A stretch of 59,642 nt of DNA, taken from Candidatus Nanoarchaeia archaeon. Its GTDB lineage: Archaea; Nanobdellota; Nanobdellia; UBA10117. Below the pieces are notes generated by a model. That model did not search any database. It was not told where the DNA came from and saw only the letters and a list, made by a program, of their open reading frames with translations. The stretch is from the NCBI GenBank assembly GCA_049969975.1, contig JBMFNW010000002.1, forward strand, positions 1 to 59,642. The letters are read 5' to 3'. A program made the translations under genes and the position numbers. Positions 36,846-47,012 of this stretch are shown here, piece after piece (the first letter of the stretch is position 1; every line of letters begins with the position of its first letter).

Positions 36846-38018
36846 TTAACTTTTAATTTCTTCAAATTCGCCAAAAACTTGACTATGATTAGATGCAAAA
36901 TTGTAAAAGGGCCAAAATGCCTCTAACAGCCTTTTACTTGAAGTGTGAAAGTAATCTGCATATTGCTCTGCTAGTGCTTGTGCTTTTCTTTTTTTAGCAG
37001 AGGCAATAAACATTTTTAAAAGAAGTTCTGGTCTAGAATAGTTTAGTGGATTTCGTTTAACATTGCTTTTGGCTTGTTGTACTCCAACAAGGCCAAGATA
37101 CTTTGCATAAACAAAAAATCTCCAATGCTGTCTCTTTTTAATTCTTTGTAAAAATATTTCTGCAGAAGATAAATTTGAGTATGCAGTAAATAGATCTTTT
37201 AAGTCGTACTCATTTGGCAAATTTTGATCTAACCAAAAAATTATTTCTTCCAACTCGTTTTCTATGTAATCAAATGTGTGTATTAAGATCGAAGTATCAA
37301 ATGATTTGAAAACGAACCGTAAAAGAGTTGACAAGCTCTCTTCTTGTTCCCTTCCCCAAAATATCATTTTTTCTTTTGTTAAAATTTTATCTTTTTCTGC
37401 AAGCATTTGTAAATCGTTAATTGCAGCTCTTAGATCACCATTTGCGTGAAGTGCAATTGTTTGCAAAGTACCTTGTTCAGCTTTTATTTTTTCTGCAGTA
37501 ACAATTTCTTGAAGTTTTTTAATAATGTCTTTTACATCCAAAGGTTTCATCTCAAGAATTTCACAATGAGATCTAAGCGATTTAAACTTTTCATCAAAAG
37601 CATCTATTGTTGTAAAAATAATAGGATATGAAGATTTTTCAACAACTTCGAGCAGTGCTTGAATACCTCCACGATCGCTTTGACCGTGTATTCCTTCAAT
37701 TTCATCTACTAAAATTAATTTTTTATTACCCCAAAGACTGCGCTGCGTGACTGCAGGAAGCAAATTTGCTTTTATAGTTTCGGCAGATCTACAATCAGAA
37801 GCATTTAATTCAATAAGTTCATAGTTTTTTTCAGCAGCAATTGCTTTAACAAGTGCTGTCTTACCAACTCCTGTTGGTCCATAGAGCAATACGGCAGGCT
37901 TTCTTACTTTTGGATAGTTTGCCAAATATCTAAGAACACTTAAGAGCACCTCTTGCTGTCCAACTAATTCAGAAATTTTCTTCGGCGCATATTTTTTAGT
38001 CCAAGGGCAGTATTCCAT
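36846..38018 (-). CDS. rfcL: replication factor C large subunit (short form, 390 aa)
   Basis: W..KY.PK...E.VGQ, Walker A GPTGVGKT and DEIEGI motifs. Adjacent to rfcS. Confidence 0.85.
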   Translation of the reverse strand: MEYCPWTKKYAPKKISELVGQQEVLLSVLRYLANYPKVRKPAVLLYGPTGVGKTALVKAIAAEKNYELIELNASDCRSAETIKANLLPAVTQRSLWGNKKLILVDEIEGIHGQSDRGGIQALLEVVEKSSYPIIFTTIDAFDEKFKSLRSHCEILEMKPLDVKDIIKKLQEIVTAEKIKAEQGTLQTIALHANGDLRAAINDLQMLAEKDKILTKEKMIFWGREQEESLSTLLRFVFKSFDTSILIHTFDYIENELEEIIFWLDQNLPNEYDLKDLFTAYSNLSSAEIFLQRIKKRQHWRFFVYAKYLGLVGVQQAKSNVKRNPLNYSRPELLLKMFIASAKKRKAQALAEQYADYFHTSSKRLLEAFWPFYNFASNHSQVFGEFEEIKS

Positions 38019-38024
38019 TTCAAC

Positions 38025-38978
38025 TCAGTGTTGGCTAATAAGTGCAAATTCAGCTAAAAGCGATGCCAATTGAATAAATTCATTTGCGCCTTCAACCATT
38101 TTAAATTCAGCTTCACCGCAAGCTTTGATTAATCGCACTTTTGTTTTTTCATCAAGCTCTAAGTTTAGAGCCTCTTTTTGAATTTGTTTTATAACATCTA
38201 TGCCTGAAAGACCGTGCTCTACCATTGCATTTATGAGTTTTGTTTTTGCTCTCAGAAAATTTCCATCGAGTGCTAATAAAATTGCTTCTCGAATTTCTTT
38301 AGGCTCTGCAAATGATACGACTTGTTTTACTGCAGCAAGATCTATTTTTTTAGAGATTGCTGAACAAGCTTGCAGTAAATTCTCTGCTTTGCGCATATCC
38401 CCTTCAGAAGCTTCATATAAAAGTTCTAAAGCTTCTTTTGTCAACTCAAGCGCTTCGTTTTGGGCTATATTTTTTAAAATTTCAAACGCAGCTTCTTTTG
38501 GTAGAGGTTTAAATCTAAAAATCGCACATCTACTTTGAATTGGCGGAATTATTTTTGAAGAATAATTGCAGCTTAAAATAAATCTCGTGATTTGGGTATA
38601 GTCTTCCATTATTCTTCGCAAAGCATCTTGTGCTTCTCTCGTCAAAGCATCACATTCGTCTAAATAAATAATTTTAAATGGCACATCTCCCACAGCTTTA
38701 GTTCTTGCATAATTTTTGATAGCTTCTCTAATATAATCAATTCCTCTATTGTCAGAAGCATTTGTTTCAAAAAAATAATCTCTCCAATTTTCGCCATAAA
38801 GCTCTCGAGCTAAAGCAAGCGCAGCAGTTGTTTTGCCAACGCCTGCTGGACCTGCAAAAAGAAGATGAGGCATTGATTTGTTTTTGACAAAAGCTTCTAA
38901 TCTTTTTATTATTTCTTCTTGTCCTTTAATTTCAGATAATTTTTTTGGTCTATATTTTTCTGTCCAAACATCTAACAT
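38025..38978 (-). CDS. rfcS: replication factor C small subunit
   Basis: WTEKYRPKKLSEI, GPAGVGKTT, LDECDALT and SRC (QSRCAIFRF) motifs. No intein. Confidence 0.95.
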   Translation of the reverse strand: MLDVWTEKYRPKKLSEIKGQEEIIKRLEAFVKNKSMPHLLFAGPAGVGKTTAALALARELYGENWRDYFFETNASDNRGIDYIREAIKNYARTKAVGDVPFKIIYLDECDALTREAQDALRRIMEDYTQITRFILSCNYSSKIIPPIQSRCAIFRFKPLPKEAAFEILKNIAQNEALELTKEALELLYEASEGDMRKAENLLQACSAISKKIDLAAVKQVVSFAEPKEIREAILLALDGNFLRAKTKLINAMVEHGLSGIDVIKQIQKEALNLELDEKTKVRLIKACGEAEFKMVEGANEFIQLASLLAEFALISQH

Positions 38979-39029
38979 GGTATTTTAAATTTCATAAAGC
39001 TTTTAATATGTTTGCTTTTATATTTTCAT

Positions 39030-42000
39030 ATGCCTTATGAATATTTGAAAGTAGAGCAAGAAATTTTAAAATTTTGGGAAAAAGAGCAAATATACAAAAA
39101 AGTTAAGAAGAGGCTTGCAAAGGCACCGAAATATGCTTTTTTGGATGGTCCGCCATACACAACTGGTCGAATACATATTGGAAATGCTTGGAATTATTCT
39201 TTGAAAGATTGCTATAGGCGTTTTTTGCGTATGTCTGGAATAAATGTACACGATCAGCCAGGTTTCGATACACATGGTTTGCCGATTGAAAATAAAGTAG
39301 AAAAAAAGCTTGGATTAAAAGGTAAGCAAGAAATTGTAGAAAAAATTGGTGTTGAAAAATTCATTAATGAATGTCGAAATTTTGCACTTGAAAAAGTCAA
39401 ACCAATGATAGAAGATTTCAAAAGACTTGGTGTTTGGATGGATTGGGATAATCCTTATCTCACTTTAACAAACGATGTTATTCAAGGAGCATGGTGGTCT
39501 TTAGCACAAATTTGGAAAAAAGGCTTATTATACAGAGCAAAAAGAGTTACACCTTGGTGCCCGCACTGCTCAACTGCGCTAGCAAAACATGAACTTATTT
39601 ATAAAAGCGTTCAAGATAAAGCAATTTATGTAAAATTTCCTTTAAAAGGAAAAAACAACGAATTTTTGCTTGTTTGGACAACAACGCCGTGGACAATTCC
39701 TTTCAATTTGGCAGTAATGGCAAATCCCAGTATAGAATATTCGAGAATAAAAGTAGGTGATGAAGTTTGGCTTTTGGCAAAAGACACTGTACAAAAATTA
39801 TTATCTGTGCTTGGTAAAGATTTTGTTATTTTAGAAAATTTAAAAGGAGCAAAACTTGAAGGCTTGCCTTATGAACATCCTTTTGCAGAAATAATTAATT
39901 TTAGCAAAATAAACTCTGCATGGTTACATAAAGTTATATTATCTGAAAAATACGTCTCTTCAACAGAAGGTACTGGTTTTGTTCACTGCGCTCCAGGTTG
40001 TGGACCAGAGGATTTCGAAGTTGGACAAAAGTATGGCTTGCCAGCATTTAACGAACTTGATGAGCAAGGCGTATTTTCACAAAGTATGGGACCTTTTGGC
40101 GGTCTGCGTGCTAGAGTTGATGATGCACAATTTATTGAAGCTTTAGAAAAAAAAGGTTTGCTGTTGCATGTAGAAAATTACACGCATGACTATCCAACTT
40201 GTTGGAGATGTTCTACTGATATCATTTTTAGGGCAACAGAACAGTGGTTTATAGCAGTTTCAAAATTAAAAGAACAAATGCTTGCAGCAAACAAAGTTGT
40301 TAGATGGACTCCTGATTGGGCCAAAGATTGGTTTAGATCTTGGTTAGAAAATATTCAAGATTGGAATATTAGTAGGCAACGCTTTTGGGGAATGCCTTTA
40401 CCAATTTGGATTTGTGAAAAATGTGGATTGGAGCTTGTAATTGGCTCAACTCGTGAGATAAAAGAATTAAAAGGTAAAGTGCCAAAAGATCTCCACAGAC
40501 CTTGGATAGATCGTGTTAAATTAAAATGTCCTAAATGTAAAGGAGATGCTGTTCGAATACCTGATGTGCTAGATGTTTGGTTAGATTCGGGATCTGTGCC
40601 TTGGGCAACAACATCAAATTTAGACTTTGTTGCAGATTTAGTACTTGAAGGAAAAGATCAAATTCGTGGCTGGTTTAACTCATTAATGTGTTTATCTATG
40701 GCTGCAAGAGGCATAAGTCCATATAAGGCAGTTTACATGCACGGTTTTATTAATGATGCTTTAGGAAGAAAAATGTCTAAATCGCTTGGCAATGTAATTT
40801 CACCCAACGAAGTTCTAGAAAAATTTGGTGCAGATACTTTTAGGTATTATACAATTGGAGGTGCAAATCCTGGTTTAGACTTAAATTATAATTTTGCAGA
40901 TATAAAAACAAAGTTTGCCAATATTCAAATATTGTGGAACATTCATTTATATTTGTTAGAGCTTTTAGATCTTTTGAATTTGACAAAAAAAGAATTGGAT
41001 TTGGCAAAAAATCAATTGTTAGATGAAGACAAATATATGCTGTCTAGATTAAATTCAACAATTTTGAAAGTGACAGAATATTTTAAAGCGCATAGATTTA
41101 ATGAAATTCCATTAGCAATCGAAGAACTGTTTTTAGAACTTAGCAGGCAATATATTAAAGCAACGAGAGAAAGAGCCTCAGAACCTGCAACAGTATATAC
41201 AATATCTGAAGTACTGCTTGGCTGCTTAAAACTTTTTGCACCAATTGCGCCTTTTATCACAGAAGCATGCTATCAAAATTTAAGAGAAAAGCTAAAATTA
41301 AAAGAGCCTTCAATTCATTTAACCAGCTGGCCTGTTGCAGATACTAGTTTAATAAACACAAAGCTAGAAGCTGAAATGGCTTATGTAAAAGATGTTCTTT
41401 CAAATATTCTTGCTTTGCGTGAAAAAATTAAAAGAAGTTTGAGATGGCCAATTAAGTCTATTACGATTGTAACAGAAAATGAAGAACTGCTTCATGCTGT
41501 TACGAAGCACAAAAATCTTTTAATGCGACTAGCAAATATTTTAGAAATTTTACAGGATCACAAAATAGAAGGTATAAGACATGATGTTAAAGCAGATTTC
41601 AGCAAGATTGGGCCAAAGTTTGGTAAAGATGCACCAGAGATAGTAGCAGCACTAACTCGTTTATCTCCAGAATCTATAATTGAAAGTTTAAAGAAGAAAG
41701 GACATTTGACTTTAGAAATTAATGGTAAAAAATTTGAGTTAGAACATGAAGATTTTCTCATAAAAGAGCAATTGCCAGAAAATTTAGTTGGAGGACTTTT
41801 TGGAAACTATTCATTATATTTAGATACAAGAGAAACCAAAGAAATGTTACAATTGGGTTTTGTTAGAGAATTTGTGCGAGCAGTACAAGCTTTAAGAAAA
41901 ACAGCCAAATTGAATAAAAAAGATAAAATTGAGCTTAAAATTTGTGCACCTGAAAGCACAAAAGCCATTTTAGAACAAAGAAAAGCAGAATTGATAGATA

Positions 42001-42110
42001 AGCTTGGAGCCAAAGAAATTTTATTTACATCTAAAGCTTTAGTAGATAGATGCAAATGGCAGCAAAAATTAGACATAAGATCTTTTACAGCGAGTTTTGG
42101 CTTCGATTAA
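39030..42110 (+). CDS. ileS: isoleucine--tRNA ligase
   Basis: A HIGH-type motif (GRIHIGNA), the CP1 editing domain, KMSKS and zinc-binding Cys clusters. About 1026 aa. Confidence 0.95.
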   Translation: MPYEYLKVEQEILKFWEKEQIYKKVKKRLAKAPKYAFLDGPPYTTGRIHIGNAWNYSLKDCYRRFLRMSGINVHDQPGFDTHGLPIENKVEKKLGLKGKQEIVEKIGVEKFINECRNFALEKVKPMIEDFKRLGVWMDWDNPYLTLTNDVIQGAWWSLAQIWKKGLLYRAKRVTPWCPHCSTALAKHELIYKSVQDKAIYVKFPLKGKNNEFLLVWTTTPWTIPFNLAVMANPSIEYSRIKVGDEVWLLAKDTVQKLLSVLGKDFVILENLKGAKLEGLPYEHPFAEIINFSKINSAWLHKVILSEKYVSSTEGTGFVHCAPGCGPEDFEVGQKYGLPAFNELDEQGVFSQSMGPFGGLRARVDDAQFIEALEKKGLLLHVENYTHDYPTCWRCSTDIIFRATEQWFIAVSKLKEQMLAANKVVRWTPDWAKDWFRSWLENIQDWNISRQRFWGMPLPIWICEKCGLELVIGSTREIKELKGKVPKDLHRPWIDRVKLKCPKCKGDAVRIPDVLDVWLDSGSVPWATTSNLDFVADLVLEGKDQIRGWFNSLMCLSMAARGISPYKAVYMHGFINDALGRKMSKSLGNVISPNEVLEKFGADTFRYYTIGGANPGLDLNYNFADIKTKFANIQILWNIHLYLLELLDLLNLTKKELDLAKNQLLDEDKYMLSRLNSTILKVTEYFKAHRFNEIPLAIEELFLELSRQYIKATRERASEPATVYTISEVLLGCLKLFAPIAPFITEACYQNLREKLKLKEPSIHLTSWPVADTSLINTKLEAEMAYVKDVLSNILALREKIKRSLRWPIKSITIVTENEELLHAVTKHKNLLMRLANILEILQDHKIEGIRHDVKADFSKIGPKFGKDAPEIVAALTRLSPESIIESLKKKGHLTLEINGKKFELEHEDFLIKEQLPENLVGGLFGNYSLYLDTRETKEMLQLGFVREFVRAVQALRKTAKLNKKDKIELKICAPESTKAILEQRKAELIDKLGAKEILFTSKALVDRCKWQQKLDIRSFTASFGFD

Positions 42111-42187
42111 AAAATTAATTAGAAAAAGCTTCAAACATTAATGCATAAAGATGCATAAAGTTTTTAAATCTATTTTTAAATTTTTTG

Positions 42188-42778
42188 ATGGGGAACATGG
42201 CAAAAGTTTCTGCAAAATCTAAAAAACCAAAAGTTTACACCAAGACAGAAAACGTCGTTGTTTCAGCTTCGCTGCACAGAGATCTGCCTTTAGAAAGACT
42301 TGCAGCAAGACTCGAAAAGGCAGATTACAATCCCGAAACTTTTCCTGGTTTGATTTTAAAACTAGATTCGCCAAGAGCAAACGCACTTTTATTTAGCTCC
42401 GGAAAAATTATTTGTACGGGAACACGAAATTTAAAAGAAGCAAAAGCAGCCATCGATGCTATTGTTAAAAAAGTAGAAAGCATAGGGCTTAAAGTTAAAG
42501 GAACGCCAGACATTGAAGTGCAAAACATGGTTGCATCTGGTAGTGTTGGAGGAATACTTAACTTAAATGAAATAATTATGAAATTTGAAAACACAGAGTA
42601 TGATCCAGAACAATTTCCAGGACTTGTTTATAAGTTACCAAATTCTCATATAACTTTCTTGCTTTTTGGAACAGGAAAAATTGTGATAACTGGTGCGAAA
42701 TCTGAAAAAGAAATTAAAGAAATTGTTTGGGTTTTGCGAGATCAGCTGCTAAAAGCAAACGTGCTTAAAGAGACTTAA
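42188..42778 (+). CDS. tbp: TATA-box binding protein
   Basis: Two TBP repeats (ENVVVSASL...PGLILKL..P..ALLFSSGKIICTG and QNMVASGS...PGLVYKL......FLLFGTGKIVITGA). Confidence 0.95.
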   Translation: MGNMAKVSAKSKKPKVYTKTENVVVSASLHRDLPLERLAARLEKADYNPETFPGLILKLDSPRANALLFSSGKIICTGTRNLKEAKAAIDAIVKKVESIGLKVKGTPDIEVQNMVASGSVGGILNLNEIIMKFENTEYDPEQFPGLVYKLPNSHITFLLFGTGKIVITGAKSEKEIKEIVWVLRDQLLKANVLKET

Positions 42779-42818
42779 AATAAAGAAATTTAAACAAAAA
42801 AAATAACAAAGATAAGAA

Positions 42819-43574
42819 ATGTTGTATTTGATTGGTTTGGGTTTAAGCTGGAAAGATATTTCTATGAAAGGTCTCGAAGCTTTAAACAATTGTGAAAAAG
42901 TTTATTTGGAAAGCTATACTTCAACATCTGATTTCAGCATACTTCAACTTCAAAGATTGATTGGAAAGCCAATTCAACCACTAAATAGAAAAGAAGTTGA
43001 AGAGGAAGCTTTTTTCTTAGAAGAAGCATCCCTAAAAAACATTGCACTATTAGTTTATGGAGATCCACTTGCAGCCACTACGCATCAAGAAATTTTAGCT
43101 TTAGCAAAAAAGAAAAAAATATCTGCAAAAGTAATTCATGCGCCATCAATTTTTACAGCAATTGCAGAAACGGGGTTATCTTTGTATAAATTTGGAAAAG
43201 TAGCATCTATTCCAATTCCTGAGAAAGGCTTTGAACCAGAAAGTTTTTTTGATACGTTATGTGATAATTTAAAAATCGGCGCGCATACTTTGTTTTTACT
43301 CGATTTAAAACCCGAGCAAGGTAAATTTTTAACAATTCCAGAAGCCATTCAGCTTTTGTTTAAAATTGATGAAAAAAGAAAAGCAAACATATTTACAAAA
43401 GAACGCTTTGTAATAGGTTGTGCTAGGCTTGGTTTTGAAAATGCTTTAATTAAATTTGGCAGAGCAAGCGAATTGGTTAAAGTAGATTTTGGCAAGCCTC
43501 CTTATTGCTTAATTGTTCCATCGGAGCTTAGCTATAAAGAAAAAGAGTTTTTGGAATTGTTTGGAATTGTTTAG
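42819..43574 (+). CDS. dphB: diphthine synthase (Dph5/DphB)
   Basis: MLYLIGLGL...LEA...KVYLESYTS, YGDPL.ATTH; tetrapyrrole-methylase fold pattern. Confidence 0.9.
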   Translation: MLYLIGLGLSWKDISMKGLEALNNCEKVYLESYTSTSDFSILQLQRLIGKPIQPLNRKEVEEEAFFLEEASLKNIALLVYGDPLAATTHQEILALAKKKKISAKVIHAPSIFTAIAETGLSLYKFGKVASIPIPEKGFEPESFFDTLCDNLKIGAHTLFLLDLKPEQGKFLTIPEAIQLLFKIDEKRKANIFTKERFVIGCARLGFENALIKFGRASELVKVDFGKPPYCLIVPSELSYKEKEFLELFGIV

Positions 43575-43618
43575 TTAAATAGCAGAAAAAATTTAAATCA
43601 ACTATTTGTTTACATTTT

Positions 43619-45667
43619 ATGGTCGGAGGTGCTGCAGCTACGAGCTTAACAGATGAAACAATTTCAAAATTTCGCACGTTCATAGAGAAATTTTATTATA
43701 ATGAGCTTTTAACTAGAATTAAAAAAGGTTATTCTTCAATTTACATTGATTTTGCTCAACTTGCAAAATATGCTATTGATTTAGCAGAGCAACTACTAAC
43801 GAACTTTCAAGATACATTACAAAATATTGAAGAAGCAATAAAACAATTTGAAATACCAGAAGCAAAATATCCAATAAAAGTTCGGTTTAGAAATTTACCT
43901 AAGTCTGCTTTTGTTAGAATTCGAGATATTCGAAGCAAGCATTTAGGGCAAGTTATTTTAACTGAAGGCTTGATAAAACAAGCATCTGATGTTAGGCCAA
44001 AAATAGTATTTGCTACATTTGCATGCCCTAATTGTGGTGCACAAATTTTAGTGGAGCAGACGGGTAGCAAGTTTCGTGAGCCAATTTCTTGTAGTTGCGG
44101 ACGTAAAGGAAAATTTAAGATGGTTGATAAGCGTTTGGTAGATGTTCAAAGATTGATTGTTGAAGAAACACCAGAATCTCTTGAAGGAGGAGAACAGCCA
44201 AAAAGAATGGCTGTATTTTTAGAGGATGATTTGTTAGATCCAAAATTGGAAAAAAAGCATTACCCTGGTAATAAAGTTATGATTATTGGTGTTGTTAAAG
44301 AAGTTCCAATAACTTTGAAAACGGGCGGAATTTCAACAACATATGAGCTTTGTATAGAAGCAAATAATATCGAGTCGATAGAAACCGAATTTGAAGAAAT
44401 TGAAATATCTCCAGAAGATGAAAGGCTTATTAAAGAGCTTGCAGCAAAGCCAAATATTTATGAAAAATTAATAGCTTCAATAGCACCATCAATATATGGA
44501 TATGAGCGTATTAAAGAAGCAATAGTGCTGCAGCTTTTTGGTGGTGTGAAAAAAGTAAGAGAGGATGGGACTAAAACGCGAGGCGACATCCATATTTTTT
44601 TAGTTGGTGATCCTGGCTCTGGTAAATCTGAGCTATTAAGGTATGTTGCTGCACTTGCCCCGCGCGCACGATACGTCGCTGGAAAAGGTGCAACCGCAGC
44701 AGGCATTACTGCTTCGGTAGTTAGAGATGAGTTTATTAAGGGCTGGGCTTTAGAAGCTGGAGCTCTTGTTTTAGCAAACAAAGGTCTTTGTGCAATCGAT
44801 GAATTAGATAAAATGTCTCCAGAAGATACTTCTGCAATGCATGAAGCATTAGAACAACAAACAATTACTATAGCCAAAGCAAACATACACGCAACACTAA
44901 GAGCAGAGACATCAATTTTGGCAGCCGCAAATCCAAAATTTGGAAGATTTGATCCTTACGAGCCAATTCCTAAGCAAATAGATCTTCCGCCAACACTACT
45001 TAACAGATTTGATTTGATTTTCCCGATTCGCGACATACCAAATGTGGAGCAAGATGAAAAAATTGCACAGCACATTTTAGAACTTTCGCAATCTCCAGAT
45101 TCTAAAAAACCAGAAATTTCTACTGATTTGCTTAGAAAATATATTGCATACGCTAAACAGAAATGTTTTCCAAAACTTACGCAAGGCGCAATTGAAGAAA
45201 TAAAACAATTTTATGTTACTTTAAGAGGAACTGCTACAAAAGAAGAGTCTCGAATAAAAGCAATTCCAATATCTGCAAGGCAACTTGAAGCTTTAGTGCG
45301 CCTAGCAGAAGCTTCAGCAAGAGTGCGGCTCTCAGACAAAGTAACAAGAAAAGATGCTATTAAAGCCATAGAATTGCTTAAGAGCTCGATGCGAGATGTA
45401 GCGTATGATATTGAAACTGGGCAATATGATATTGATAGAATTGTTACAGGCATAACTGCAGTACAACGCTCACAAATTGCAACTGTACGGCGCATTATAG
45501 AAATGTTGAGCGAGAGGCTCGGCAAACAAATTCCAGTTCAAGATATAATTCAAGAAGCTATTGCAGAAGGTCTAGATAGGGCTAAAACTGAAGAAATTAT
45601 AGAAAACTTAAAGAAGAAAGGAGATATTTTCGAACCAAAGCCGGGAATAGTTTCAAAAGTTGGATAA
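43619..45667 (+). CDS. mcm: minichromosome maintenance (MCM) replicative helicase
   Basis: N-terminal OB with a zinc motif (CPNCG...CSCG), Walker A GDPGSGKS, Walker B CAIDELDKM, an arginine finger region (SILAAANP, RFDLIF) and a C-terminal wH. Confidence 0.95.
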   Translation: MVGGAAATSLTDETISKFRTFIEKFYYNELLTRIKKGYSSIYIDFAQLAKYAIDLAEQLLTNFQDTLQNIEEAIKQFEIPEAKYPIKVRFRNLPKSAFVRIRDIRSKHLGQVILTEGLIKQASDVRPKIVFATFACPNCGAQILVEQTGSKFREPISCSCGRKGKFKMVDKRLVDVQRLIVEETPESLEGGEQPKRMAVFLEDDLLDPKLEKKHYPGNKVMIIGVVKEVPITLKTGGISTTYELCIEANNIESIETEFEEIEISPEDERLIKELAAKPNIYEKLIASIAPSIYGYERIKEAIVLQLFGGVKKVREDGTKTRGDIHIFLVGDPGSGKSELLRYVAALAPRARYVAGKGATAAGITASVVRDEFIKGWALEAGALVLANKGLCAIDELDKMSPEDTSAMHEALEQQTITIAKANIHATLRAETSILAAANPKFGRFDPYEPIPKQIDLPPTLLNRFDLIFPIRDIPNVEQDEKIAQHILELSQSPDSKKPEISTDLLRKYIAYAKQKCFPKLTQGAIEEIKQFYVTLRGTATKEESRIKAIPISARQLEALVRLAEASARVRLSDKVTRKDAIKAIELLKSSMRDVAYDIETGQYDIDRIVTGITAVQRSQIATVRRIIEMLSERLGKQIPVQDIIQEAIAEGLDRAKTEEIIENLKKKGDIFEPKPGIVSKVG

Positions 45668-45674
45668 AAAAGAA

Positions 45675-46352
45675 ATGGAACCAATAGAACAAACAGAACC
45701 AAAGCAAAGGACGCCAGCCAAAAAAACTTGGATAGCAAATATAATCAATGGCATTTATCATAAAAGTGAAGGTTGGACACCAGCTTATGTAGAATATAAT
45801 GCACAGCAGTATTCAAGAGTTTCAATTTTAGCAACAATAGTAAATAAATTTATTTCAGAGGATGGCAATTATGGTGCAGTAACGCTCGATGATGGTACAG
45901 AAACAATAAGAGCAAAAACATTCGGTCCTGATGTTGCTAAACTTCGCGATCTCGAATTAGGCACACTTGTGAGGTGTGTTGGAAAATTAAGACAATATTC
46001 AGATGAAGTTTACATTTCGCCAGAGTTTTTTTATATTATTAAAGATCCAAACTGGCTCTTACTGCATAGACTTCAACTTGGTGAGCCGATGCTAGCACCA
46101 AAGCCCGAAGAAGCAAAGCCGATTGTACCTGAGCAGCTTGCACTTGAGCAAATGAAAATAGAAGCGCAAACTGTCCAAGCAAAAATTCTTGCAACAATTC
46201 GAAAATTAGACAAAGGATTTGGTGCAGAGTTCGATTCTATAGTAAGAGAAGTAAATTTATCAGATGAAGATGTCAAATCCATACTTCTTGGTCTTTTAAG
46301 GACTGGTGATGTTTACGAGCCAAAAAAAGGTTACTATAAAGTTTTAGAGTAA
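45675..46352 (+). CDS. RPA32/Stn1-like OB-fold plus C-terminal winged-helix protein
   Basis: The OB pattern is RVSILATIVNKF..EDGNYGAVTLDDGTETIRAKTF.....L.LGTLVRCVGKLRQYSDEVYISPE.F..I.DPNW...H. The C-terminal wH is ILATIRKL..G...D.IV.E....DEDVK.IL..L...G.VYEPK.G.YK. It starts just after, or overlapping, the MCM stop. Confidence 0.6.
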   Translation: MEPIEQTEPKQRTPAKKTWIANIINGIYHKSEGWTPAYVEYNAQQYSRVSILATIVNKFISEDGNYGAVTLDDGTETIRAKTFGPDVAKLRDLELGTLVRCVGKLRQYSDEVYISPEFFYIIKDPNWLLLHRLQLGEPMLAPKPEEAKPIVPEQLALEQMKIEAQTVQAKILATIRKLDKGFGAEFDSIVREVNLSDEDVKSILLGLLRTGDVYEPKKGYYKVLE

Positions 46353-46439
46353 AACTTGAAGAGTAAAACCTTGAATATTAAAAAATAAACAAAAAAATTT
46401 TAGAATAAAACTTTTATAAAGAAATTTGATATTTGTTTT

Positions 46440-47012
46440 ATGGCCTTATTTAAATTACATTGGAAAGCTAGAGCTTTTGCAAACAAAGATTTTAAAGAAA
46501 TTTTTTGGGCCGAAATTATTTCAATTACGGGAGGTGTTTTGGCAGGTTTCTTTTTAGCACTTTCGCTTGACAAAATTTTGCTTATTCCAGGTATGTTTAT
46601 ACTCTTGCCAGGCTTTTTAGAAATGCGCGGAAATGTTTCTGGTTCTCTTGCAGCCAGACTTGGTACAGCACTTGATATTGGTGCGATTAAGCCCAAATTA
46701 TGTCAAAAATATGTTATTGAAAATTACTTAGCAACATTTTTTGAAGCCATTTTAGTAGCGTTGATTTTGGCAGTATTTGCTTTTTGTATTACTTGGTTTG
46801 TTTTTGGACAAATTTTGTTAAATTTATTCATAATTGCATTTCTTGCAGCAGTACTTTCAAATTTTATCGAATCAAGTCTTACTGTTTTAATAACATTTTG
46901 GCTGTATAAAAAAGGCATAGATCCAAATAATGTGATGGGGCCTTATGTTACAACTACAGGAGATATAGTTAGCGTGGTTTGCTTACTATTTGCAATTGCA
47001 ATATGTGGGTAA
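46440..47012 (+). CDS. MgtE-like divalent cation transporter membrane-domain protein (COG1824-type), first of pair
   Basis: PGFLEMRGNVSGSLAARLGTAL and DPNNVMGPYVTTTGDIVS motifs of the MgtE TM domain. No cytosolic MgtE-N or CBS part. Confidence 0.7.
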   Translation: MALFKLHWKARAFANKDFKEIFWAEIISITGGVLAGFFLALSLDKILLIPGMFILLPGFLEMRGNVSGSLAARLGTALDIGAIKPKLCQKYVIENYLATFFEAILVALILAVFAFCITWFVFGQILLNLFIIAFLAAVLSNFIESSLTVLITFWLYKKGIDPNNVMGPYVTTTGDIVSVVCLLFAIAICG

